Shown: positions 1-8,386 of the stretch, piece after piece
How the letters are laid out: every line of letters starts with the position of its first letter
Numbering within the stretch: position 1 is the first letter of the stretch
NCBI GenBank assembly: GCA_029261035.1
Contig: JAJDCD010000008.1
Location: 300,480 to 364,479 of the forward strand
Direction of reading: 5' to 3'
DNA length: 64,000 nt
Source of the DNA: Candidatus Omnitrophota bacterium
Lineage (GTDB): Bacteria > Omnitrophota > Omnitrophia > Omnitrophales > JACROU01
Program-made: the position numbers and the translations under genes
The notes under the pieces: generated by a model
The model's input: the letters and a program-made list of their open reading frames with translations, nothing else
Told to the model about the DNA's origin: nothing
Database searches by the model: none

Positions 1-2
1 GA

Positions 3-692
3 AGGAACACCTCCATTTATAAGTCCTTGATGGTTATAACCATAAACTCCAGAAGGAGAAATAACATACTCCGTATTTTGCCCTGCTAATTGTACATCCA
101 TTCCGCTAGGCTGATCTACCGCATGATTTCTTGGATGTGTATGAATAATCAAGTCCGCTTCATTCAATAATGTATTCGCAGGTCCCAAAACTCTAATTTC
201 GGATTCATTCCCACTGGAAAACATAACGATTTCCCCATGAATCACAGCAATACCAACTTCAAAGGGCAAATTCAATAAACTTAAAACATCTTCTTCTTCA
301 ACGTTTTCCAATACAACAGCTGAGGCATATTCAGGGCGAAAAAGGTCCAAAGCCTCTTCAACACTATATCTTTCTAACTCATAAGGAACACGAACCTCCT
401 CTTCAACTTCTTCCACTTCAGATTCACGAATACTTTCTTCCCCTAACATAAAATCAGAAGTGGATGCAGTAACCTCTCTAACAAACAGAGCTTCGCTACG
501 AAGACGTTCTTCTTCTTGCTTTTGATCATATTCTTCCAGACTAATAGTTCTTGCATGAGGACTCGTTTCCTCTTCTGCAAGCATAGTAAAATTTGCAATA
601 ACTTGTTGCGAGTATCCCGGTAAGGTTTGAAACAAAACTAGAAGGAATATTAAGCTAGATGAAATCCATTTTTGATATAATTTGTTTTCCAT
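3..692 (-). CDS. Secreted protein with a JAB/MPN-like metal-binding motif (5' part; runs off the window start)
   Basis: Not in the ORF track because it is truncated. Hand translation from ATG at 692 (RBS AAGGAGA upstream): MENKLYQKWISSSLIFLLVLFQTLPGYSQQ (signal peptide) ... FEVGIAVI ... IIHTHPRNHAVDQPSGMD. Frame stays open to the window edge. Confidence 0.75.
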   Translation of the reverse strand, partial: MENKLYQKWISSSLIFLLVLFQTLPGYSQQVIANFTMLAEEETSPHARTISLEEYDQKQEEERLRSEALFVREVTASTSDFMLGEESIRESEVEEVEEEVRVPYELERYSVEEALDLFRPEYASAVVLENVEEEDVLSLLNLPFEVGIAVIHGEIVMFSSGNESEIRVLGPANTLLNEADLIIHTHPRNHAVDQPSGMDVQLAGQNTEYVISPSGVYGYNHQGLINGGVP

Positions 693-714
693 TATAGATC
701 TCCTTTTTTAAAAT

Positions 715-3700
715 CTAAGCTGAAGTCAGAACTCCTTGTACGTAGTTCTTCCATTCTTGAGCCCATTTTTGAATTTGCTCTGACAAGAAATTTGAAGCAT
801 AAGAATCTCTAGAATTTAAATTAATAGAAGCTTTTTGTTCTGGTGAAAGCTCACTAAAAGATAAAACGGCAATTCTTCCACTCAACACACGTACAAAGGC
901 CAAATCAGAATCATAATTAACTTGTTTTTCAGACGTCAAATCATTATAGATTCGAACAGAGTCCCCATACCCAAGGCCTTCAATTCTCTCTGAAGCACCT
1001 AAAAACACGGTGTGATTCATCAGCCCAAGTAAACGGTTCGGCAACTTAATTCCATGCTGCATAATGCCTCTATAAACTTGATTCATAAGCTTATATTTCA
1101 AATATTTTTTCAGTTCTTTTTGACTGATATTCGTTAGGACAATCACATCAAAACGATCTCCAATCACTTTCTGAACCCCATCCATTTGTGATTGAATTCG
1201 ATCAACCACGGATTGAACCTGAGTTACATCAGACCCCGTATAAATCAACCTGACAAATAATTCAGGATGAACTTTTAAGTTAGCAAGAATGCTTTGAATA
1301 TCACTTTCAGATAAAGGAGTATCTTCAATAACTTCGATTTGCAAACCCACTCCCCATTTTAGATCTGTAAGTAAAGTTGAAGCTTTCTGTAACAGATTTA
1401 CTTCTGTTTGAACATTCGATTCAAAATTGCCTGTATCTTCTTGTGATTGAGCGGAAGCTTTTAAATCAACCAGTTCTTCGATAAGAGTTCTCATAATAGC
1501 AATAGAAAATCCTTCAATTCTTTTTGAAAGACTTTCATAAGTAGGTAGAACAGAACCTAATGCAAGTGATGTGGATAAAACCAAAGATCTATTAAAAGAA
1601 GTCTTTTCAGAATTCAGCAAGGTTCCTAAACTGCGCGCAGTCACTCCACCAAGTTCCAATACAAGAGTTGACTGGTGCGGATTCGCGTCGCCCGTAACTT
1701 GTGTAGAAAGAAGTTCTACTTGAACAATCTTGTCTCGGTCTAGAGCCGCTAAAGGAGAGTTTGCTCCAGAAAATATACTGAGTCCTACATTCTGATTTTC
1801 AACTCCTTGGAACAAAAGGCTTTCTGCAATTGCTCCACTATTATCTGTAAAACGAATAATAAATTGTTGAGGCACATCCGTTGTTGTGCGAAGTAAATTT
1901 ATATCTAACTGATCTCCTAAGACAAAAAATGTATTGGGTTGAGTCGGAGTTAAAATAAACCCGCTTTCAGTATTTGTGGAATCTGTTGCAAAATTTAATG
2001 TTAGCTGCTCTGGATTTTGAGCATTCTGAGTTAAACTCGTTCCGCTAGAAGAATTACCTGTCTTTGTGAAGTCTGCATTTTGAGTAGGGTCAATGTTTCC
2101 AAGAGCTGCAAAGCTAGTTGTACTTAGAGCTGGAAAAGAGGCTCCTATACTAGTTTCACTTGAAGCAGCAAAGCCTTGAATTTCAACAATAACTTCCCCT
2201 GTCATTGTCTGGTCATCAGAAAGAACCAAATTAAGCTCTAAAACTTGTGCTAAATCAAAACCTGTAGGAATAGTTGCTGGGTCCAATAGAATTTCAAAAA
2301 CATGGTTATTAGCGGCTACCTGTTGAGCTAGAGTTTTGTATACTTCTCCTGCCCTATCTTTCAACTCAACTATAATACTAGAAGGAATACTCCCTGAAGC
2401 AAACTGAACATTCATACGAAATAAGCCATTCAAATTATTGAAATTCATAAAATCTTCAGGATCGGTAGGCTGAGGGGTGTCATTATTATTAGTCGTAATT
2501 TGCAAACCAGAAAATTCACCATTTTCTGTTTTAAATATTAGTTTAACTTTATTAGCCCCTATCCTCTGAACTGTTGTTCCAGGAACAGAGCCTCCTAATG
2601 TTTTAATTTCTGGAATTCTAGGGTTTGATGAGACAACTACAACAGAACTCAAACTTGTAGTCATCGCTGTTGGAACAGAATTTTGAGCTGTTATTCTTCT
2701 TAAAGAATTCACTCCTTGAAAAGTCACTCTCAGATCCCCCTCAAAACTGCCAGAAACAGATGTGTTCTGACTACTAATCAAACTAATCTCTAAAATACGA
2801 GTTAAGATCAAATTAACACTGGATAAAGGAACCCGTAAAGTCGCTTTAGAACCATCAAATTGAGTGATAGAAAAAGACTTGCTAAACGTAATTCCCATTT
2901 CATCAACAAACTGAACTTTAAATTCATTCGGTAAGTCCCCTGAAATTTTCTCAATATTGAATACTATTTCTGAAAAGGAAGAAATATCCATAAAGTCTTC
3001 GGCTGTTTTATTAGCAATCACTCCATTATCATCTTTATTATCTTTGGTAATAGTAACTCCACTATAATCAAAATTATTATTTGGATTTGTTGGCTGAGCA
3101 GTATGCTTATAGTGCCAAATAACACTATTCTGACTATCAAAAAAGACTGTCGTTTCTATGTTGCTGCCCCCCGTGACCTCTGCGAAGGATGTCCTTAATT
3201 GCCTAGGAAACAAAGTAGTACTGCTATCTACTACAGCCGGCTGAGACACGGCAATCTGCGGCAGACCAGCTGCAGTTCCAGAAGATCCAGAGTCACCTCC
3301 ATGATGACAAGCAGAAAGAGCAAAACTAACTAATCCTAATAGCATAACCATCTTTAAAGACGAAAGAGTAAACTTAAACCGAGGCAGATAACCCTTCAGA
3401 GTTCCACCCAAACTTCGAGCCATCAAAACATCTTCTTTAACAGACTGCTGGTTTTCTAATGCACTATCTAATTCTAATAAATTCCCTACCGAAAACTGAA
3501 CACCTGGTCTAAAGCTTTTCCAAGAAATCCTTAGTAGGGCCACTCCTTCAGAATCCAAAATAGGTAACACCTGAATCTCTTCACCCATAAATAAATCATT
3601 CTTTCTTAACTCTAATTGAAGAGTATGGGCTAACGATTGCAAATCTAATCTAGAGTCTGAATTTTTCACCAAATCAGTTATAGCTTCATGGATGCCCACT

Positions 3701-5460
3701 TTCACAAAAGCTTCCATCATCCATTTAACACGGTTGCGATCCCAAGCACCTAAGTCACTCTGATAGCCTTCTGCCATAAAAAGCTCCGGAACAATGTAAG
3801 ACTCAACAGGCTTCCTACTCTCTTGAACACGCCCTAATAAAACTTCTTCATAAATTTCAGATAAATACTGATCCCCTTCAGTACCTGTTTGATAAACTTG
3901 AGGAGCTATACTGATAAATCCTAAACCCCTACGCTTCATCTCTTCTTGAATTCCTTTTGTATGATACCCTCCAGTTACAAATGCAATAGCTGACGTCTTA
4001 TGTCTGTGACTTAAATGAACTAAATTATCAACAAATGATATTTCCCTCTGCTCTGCACCGTCATAAAACTCTAATGCTAATCGATATTGTTGAAGCAATG
4101 AAGATTTGGTTTCATTAAAATATTCAAAAAAATCAAGATCTAACCCCTCTACGGAAACCCCTAAAGAATCTATTATATTCTCCGATCTGCTTCTCACATG
4201 ATCTAAATCAGAACGTGAAGCTTCTAAAAACAACACTCTTTTCAATAAATGAAACTCTCTTTCAGCATGGATAAGTTCTTCTTCGTCATTAGATTTAGCC
4301 ATATTTCTTTCTAATCGGTATACCAACTGATCAAACTCATTAAAGAAAGCCGTTCCTTCAATCTCTTCCTTTAATATAAGATTTTTTAGAACCCTTAATA
4401 TTGAGGGAAAAGAGTCCCAACCATTAGAACTTTTGACAACATAAGTATGTAATTGCTCAAACATCTCTCTCCAAGTTTTATAATGAGCACTTAATTTAGG
4501 ATCTATTAAATTCATTGTTATTAATTCATGAATTAAAGCATTTAAGTTCAAAAGAGCATGCTTTTCATCCCTGAGTAATGCCCGCAAATTCTCTAACTCC
4601 TCAGAAAAAGTTTCAGCGCTATATTCCTCTGATTCATTTATAAGGAAATACATTCTATAAAGGTTGGGGTAATCTAGTTGAATTAAAGGATTTTCAAAAT
4701 CAAGAGCAAGTCTTTCCTCTGCCTCTTTTAAAGTTTTCTTATAAAAGTAAGGCGCATTCATAGATTTTCTATTTTGAAATGTTTGATATAACTGGTCATA
4801 CTTCAAAAGTTGAGGGTTATAGAAATTTGTTTTAAGCTTTGCTATTTTTAAATCTACTTGTTTCAATTCTTTCTTTACATCAACCTTTTCTTTAAGTGCT
4901 TTTCGAAACAACTTTATATTATCTTTATACCTATCCAAATCCTCTATCCCGCTTACATTGATCTCCGTAGAAGATCCACTCTGTTCTAAAACAAAAAGCT
5001 CGCCACCTGTAATAAGTCCTTTTTCTAATAAATAATTCGCAATTACTAAATTATTATTTTTATTTTCCGTGATCTTTAAGACATTCGGGTCTATTTTTTT
5101 ATGTGCCCCTTCAAAAGCAAACGTGTTTATATTGTAAGTATCTTTTACGTATTTTAATAAATGAGAAATCTTTCTTTGAATTGGAGCATTTGTATGGGCA
5201 TCTTGAATATGAATAAAAGTTGGGAGTTTCTGTGTTTCTTGTTTTGGTAATCGAAAATGTTGAATACTTCCAATATTTTCCGGAACAGAAAAACCTTTGA
5301 GCACTTTTATATTTTCGAAAGAATTAGCTTTAGGATTGATAGTAATGCTAGAAAAGTTAATTGGAGTTTGAGAGAAAACACTTGAAGAAATCATCATGAT
5401 CACAACTAAAAGAGAAATAATTTTTATATTATTTTTATAACTCATATGATTACCCTTCAC
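715..5460 (-). CDS. Giant modular secreted protein: IQDAH N-terminal domain, internal lipoprotein-like cargo with three CBM-like repeats, C-terminal domain ending LTSA
   Basis: 1581-aa ORF with N-terminal signal peptide; motifs IHIQDAH, FEGA, GGE, VTGGYH shared with 17993-22651; ARSLG at aa 681 and 1275; internal lipobox LSAC (Cys718). Confidence 0.85.
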   Translation of the reverse strand: MKGNHMSYKNNIKIISLLVVIMMISSSVFSQTPINFSSITINPKANSFENIKVLKGFSVPENIGSIQHFRLPKQETQKLPTFIHIQDAHTNAPIQRKISHLLKYVKDTYNINTFAFEGAHKKIDPNVLKITENKNNNLVIANYLLEKGLITGGELFVLEQSGSSTEINVSGIEDLDRYKDNIKLFRKALKEKVDVKKELKQVDLKIAKLKTNFYNPQLLKYDQLYQTFQNRKSMNAPYFYKKTLKEAEERLALDFENPLIQLDYPNLYRMYFLINESEEYSAETFSEELENLRALLRDEKHALLNLNALIHELITMNLIDPKLSAHYKTWREMFEQLHTYVVKSSNGWDSFPSILRVLKNLILKEEIEGTAFFNEFDQLVYRLERNMAKSNDEEELIHAEREFHLLKRVLFLEASRSDLDHVRSRSENIIDSLGVSVEGLDLDFFEYFNETKSSLLQQYRLALEFYDGAEQREISFVDNLVHLSHRHKTSAIAFVTGGYHTKGIQEEMKRRGLGFISIAPQVYQTGTEGDQYLSEIYEEVLLGRVQESRKPVESYIVPELFMAEGYQSDLGAWDRNRVKWMMEAFVKVGIHEAITDLVKNSDSRLDLQSLAHTLQLELRKNDLFMGEEIQVLPILDSEGVALLRISWKSFRPGVQFSVGNLLELDSALENQQSVKEDVLMARSLGGTLKGYLPRFKFTLSSLKMVMLLGLVSFALSACHHGGDSGSSGTAAGLPQIAVSQPAVVDSSTTLFPRQLRTSFAEVTGGSNIETTVFFDSQNSVIWHYKHTAQPTNPNNNFDYSGVTITKDNKDDNGVIANKTAEDFMDISSFSEIVFNIEKISGDLPNEFKVQFVDEMGITFSKSFSITQFDGSKATLRVPLSSVNLILTRILEISLISSQNTSVSGSFEGDLRVTFQGVNSLRRITAQNSVPTAMTTSLSSVVVVSSNPRIPEIKTLGGSVPGTTVQRIGANKVKLIFKTENGEFSGLQITTNNNDTPQPTDPEDFMNFNNLNGLFRMNVQFASGSIPSSIIVELKDRAGEVYKTLAQQVAANNHVFEILLDPATIPTGFDLAQVLELNLVLSDDQTMTGEVIVEIQGFAASSETSIGASFPALSTTSFAALGNIDPTQNADFTKTGNSSSGTSLTQNAQNPEQLTLNFATDSTNTESGFILTPTQPNTFFVLGDQLDINLLRTTTDVPQQFIIRFTDNSGAIAESLLFQGVENQNVGLSIFSGANSPLAALDRDKIVQVELLSTQVTGDANPHQSTLVLELGGVTARSLGTLLNSEKTSFNRSLVLSTSLALGSVLPTYESLSKRIEGFSIAIMRTLIEELVDLKASAQSQEDTGNFESNVQTEVNLLQKASTLLTDLKWGVGLQIEVIEDTPLSESDIQSILANLKVHPELFVRLIYTGSDVTQVQSVVDRIQSQMDGVQKVIGDRFDVIVLTNISQKELKKYLKYKLMNQVYRGIMQHGIKLPNRLLGLMNHTVFLGASERIEGLGYGDSVRIYNDLTSEKQVNYDSDLAFVRVLSGRIAVLSFSELSPEQKASINLNSRDSYASNFLSEQIQKWAQEWKNYVQGVLTSA

Positions 5461-5718
5461 ATATTAACTTTAATTTTATTAAACATTTTTTAATATATTA
5501 ATAAAGATTGTTAAAAGTTAGCACATAGCTGAAAAATTGTCAAACTTAAAGTATTATTGAGATATATTGAGATATAAGGGTTTATTAAGAATATTTAGAG
5601 ATATATAAGGATAATTACTTATAAATGGTCTAAAATGGTGTTTTATATAAAGAATTTATAGAATTAGCTTATAAGTGAATTACTTAAAATATCTAATTTT
5701 GAGAGATAATGAAGAAAA

Positions 5719-5795
5719 TGGTGGGCGATGGAGGGATCGAACCCCCGACCTTCTGAATGTAAGTCAGACGCTCTAACCAGCTGAGCTAATCGCCC
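5719..5795 (-). tRNA. tRNA-Val(TAC)
   Basis: Reverse complement GGGCGATTAGCTCAGCTGGTTAGAGCGTCTGACTTACATTCAGAAGGTCGGGGGTTCGATCCCTCCATCGCCCACCA folds as a cloverleaf; anticodon TAC; CCA encoded. Confidence 0.97.
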
Positions 5796-6190
5796 ACAAG
5801 AGGGGTAATACTTACTACTGTTATAACCTTACAAAACTTCTTAGAACTTTCAAGTTCTTGTCCTTCACCTTCTGGTGGAGGGAGCTAATCGCCCTAATTC
5901 GTAGGATATTCGGTATTATTATATACTTCCGGTACTAATTATCAATTACTACTACTTGTCCTTCACCTTTGGTGGAGGAAGCTAATCGCCCACAAGAGGT
6001 GTAATACTTAAAGTGTATATAACCTTACAAAACTTCTTAGGACTTTCAACCACTTGTCCTTCGCCCTATGGCGGAGGGAGCTAATCGCCCACAAGAGGGG
6101 TAATACTTACTACTGTTATAACCTTACAAAACTTCTTAGGACTTTCAACTACTTGTCCTTCAGCCAAGCTGGAGGAAAGCAGTCGCCCAC
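5783..6190 (-). repeat. Tandem array of ~98-bp units, each with a promoter-like segment, the tRNA-Val 5' head and a short hairpin
   Basis: GAGCTAATCGCCC-like copies at 5783, 5882, 5979, 6078 and 6176 (periods 99, 97, 99, 98). CTTGTCCTTC...GGAGG occurs in each unit; ACCTTACAAAACTTCTTAG occurs in three. Confidence 0.9.
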
Positions 6191-6302
6191 TAAGATATAA
6201 TACTAATACAAAGATTTCTATCGAAATAGTTCTACGAGAATAGTTTTTCGAGAAAGTAGTATACTAAATTATATAAGAATGTAAAGGCTTAAGAACAAGA
6301 AA

Positions 6303-7835
6303 TTAAGCTCTTTGTGTGACGAATGCAGTTACTTCTACATTGGGGCTATTCACTCTCTCAACATTAAGTAAAGCTAATGTTTGAGTACCTTCTTCAAAAA
6401 GTAATATATTATTTCCGGGAGCCAATTGAGTTCCTGCTGAACGAACAAACTCCTGAGCTATATTTACACTAATTAGTCTACTCGCAAGATCATCAAAAGC
6501 TGAACTTCCATTATTTTTAGCAATATATAAATCTGTGTTACTAGATGGTGAAGGGAATATACTGGGTGTTCCGGAAGCAAGAAAAGTTCCTGCAACTTCA
6601 TTTGGAACTGAAGAAACTGGAGCAAATTTTAATTGTAGTGTAGCAAAATCAATAAAGATAGATCCTCCACCAGCAGAAAAGCTAAAGCTTTGACGAATAC
6701 CAACATTATCACCCGGCTCATAACTCAACCTTATATCAAAAGGACCACTTTTAGTACCAAGCTTAGGATCAAAGACAAAAGAATTAAATACATCTAAAGT
6801 TCCATCACCAAATTTAGCTGTATTAGCAATTGCATAAGCACTATCTCCGGAATCCTGAATCAGTTCTATTCCAGTTGTTCCAAACCCTTGACTCGATCCA
6901 CCATCTATATCTTCGTTATATTTAATTGAAGGATTAAAACCAATAGCATCATTTCCATAACTGCCTCTAATTCCAATTTGGCCGATAGGATTTTGCGATA
7001 ACTCCAAACCATCTTCAGGCACATTCAAAAGAGCCCCTAGAGCTTTAGCAATATCAATTCTTCCTTTTGTTGATACCGCACTACTTGAACCTGAATCAAT
7101 TCCTTGATTAGTATTCCCTTGATTGTTAATAGCATCATTTCCACTTCGACCGCTAATAGTAGGTGTATTTAAGTTTGTTCCTGGTTGATTAGGAATTGTT
7201 CTTGAATCAAGATCAATAGTTTTTCCATCAACACCCACACTTCCCTCTCCTCTTCTTACTCCATAACCTTCTAAAGCGTCTTCTGCGCCTTGTGTAATAT
7301 CTGCATGAGCGGACTTAAATAACGAAAACCCTGTTTTGTTATTAGCAACAACAATTTGGCGTGGCTGAATTCTAAATGTTGCAGAAGAACCTGAAGAACG
7401 AGTAAGAATTATCTTCCCACTATCTCGATCCGTAATCTCTCGTGTCCACCTATATTGAACTGTAATCAAAAGAGGGTTCCCTCTTTGAACTTCAACGCTA
7501 TCAATTCCATTTAAAACCAGGCGTATATTCTCAACCAAATTATGATCTTCACGTATACTCACAGCAAAGTCAGCTTTTCTAAAACCTCTATCATTGGAAT
7601 AATCATCTGCAATGTATTTCATTACAGAACTATAATTACCTTTACTATACGAATCAAAAATTTTTCTTAGTGTTAAACTAGCAATTTGTTTTAACAGATT
7701 CTCATCAGCTAGTTTAACAAACTCTTCTTCTGAAATAACTGTTTTTGAAAACACGCTAGGATTAGGAACCACAGAACTAACAAAGAATACGCTAATCAAA
7801 ACAAAAATTTTAAGTGGTGTAATTATTTTTTTCAT
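6303..7835 (-). CDS. Secreted protein with an N-terminal NTF2/SnoaL-like domain and a Gly/Ser/Asn-rich beta-rich C-terminal region
   Basis: Signal peptide; helix-then-beta pattern (IFDSYSKGNYSSVMKYIADDY ... ITVQYRWTR) resembles the neighbouring 170-aa protein. Confidence 0.6.
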   Translation of the reverse strand: MKKIITPLKIFVLISVFFVSSVVPNPSVFSKTVISEEEFVKLADENLLKQIASLTLRKIFDSYSKGNYSSVMKYIADDYSNDRGFRKADFAVSIREDHNLVENIRLVLNGIDSVEVQRGNPLLITVQYRWTREITDRDSGKIILTRSSGSSATFRIQPRQIVVANNKTGFSLFKSAHADITQGAEDALEGYGVRRGEGSVGVDGKTIDLDSRTIPNQPGTNLNTPTISGRSGNDAINNQGNTNQGIDSGSSSAVSTKGRIDIAKALGALLNVPEDGLELSQNPIGQIGIRGSYGNDAIGFNPSIKYNEDIDGGSSQGFGTTGIELIQDSGDSAYAIANTAKFGDGTLDVFNSFVFDPKLGTKSGPFDIRLSYEPGDNVGIRQSFSFSAGGGSIFIDFATLQLKFAPVSSVPNEVAGTFLASGTPSIFPSPSSNTDLYIAKNNGSSAFDDLASRLISVNIAQEFVRSAGTQLAPGNNILLFEEGTQTLALLNVERVNSPNVEVTAFVTQRA

Positions 7836-7865
7836 TCTTTTCCCTTTTTATTAATTATGAATGAA

Positions 7866-8378
7866 TTACGGTGTAACACCAAAAATGGCAGCTCCGGTCT
7901 GGTCATTCAGAGTTGCTTTACCATTTTCAACTTCAAAAATAAATTGCGTTTGTCCTTGCATCAAAATTGGGGCTGTTGCCATAACCATCTGAGGCATCCA
8001 AGAACGATCCCAATGAAAATTGATACTTACATTATTTCCTTCTGCTTCTATATCATCAATGAAGTATTCTATACGAATTACGTCAAATGTCTGAAAGTCA
8101 TTCTCAACTCTATCTTTAAAATCCAGGTAGCCTCTATTAAAACGATTATTGATAAGATTGAAAAAAGTAAATAGACTTTCTCTTTCAAAAGCTCGGACTA
8201 AATCATCCAGAGCCTTCTTAGCCGCTTTAATATTCTCAGTTTCATTCGCTGTTACTGGATAATCAGTTTCCTTAGCGTTCGCATTATAATTCTCTGACGG
8301 CTTACTAGCAAAAGCAATGCTAATCGCACTCACCATCATTAAAAAAACAATTATTCTTATTTTATTCATAAGTGTCAC
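7866..8378 (-). CDS. Secreted NTF2-like domain protein
   Basis: Signal peptide (AFA-S); LVRAFERESLFTFFNLINNRF ... VSINFHWDR pattern. Confidence 0.55.
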   Translation of the reverse strand: MTLMNKIRIIVFLMMVSAISIAFASKPSENYNANAKETDYPVTANETENIKAAKKALDDLVRAFERESLFTFFNLINNRFNRGYLDFKDRVENDFQTFDVIRIEYFIDDIEAEGNNVSINFHWDRSWMPQMVMATAPILMQGQTQFIFEVENGKATLNDQTGAAIFGVTP

Positions 8379-8386
8379 TTCCTTAC

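Noticed and set aside
4155-4175. IDSLG within the N-terminal domain of 715-5460
   Set aside because: Does not fit [AG]xSLG, lies within the conserved domain and is absent from the paralogue. Recorded as a caution that SLG alone is not specific.
5783-6190. CRISPR array interpretation of the ~98-bp periodic repeats
   Set aside because: The intervening sequences are themselves near-identical in three units, the repeat derives from the tRNA-Val 5' end, and no cas genes are in the window.
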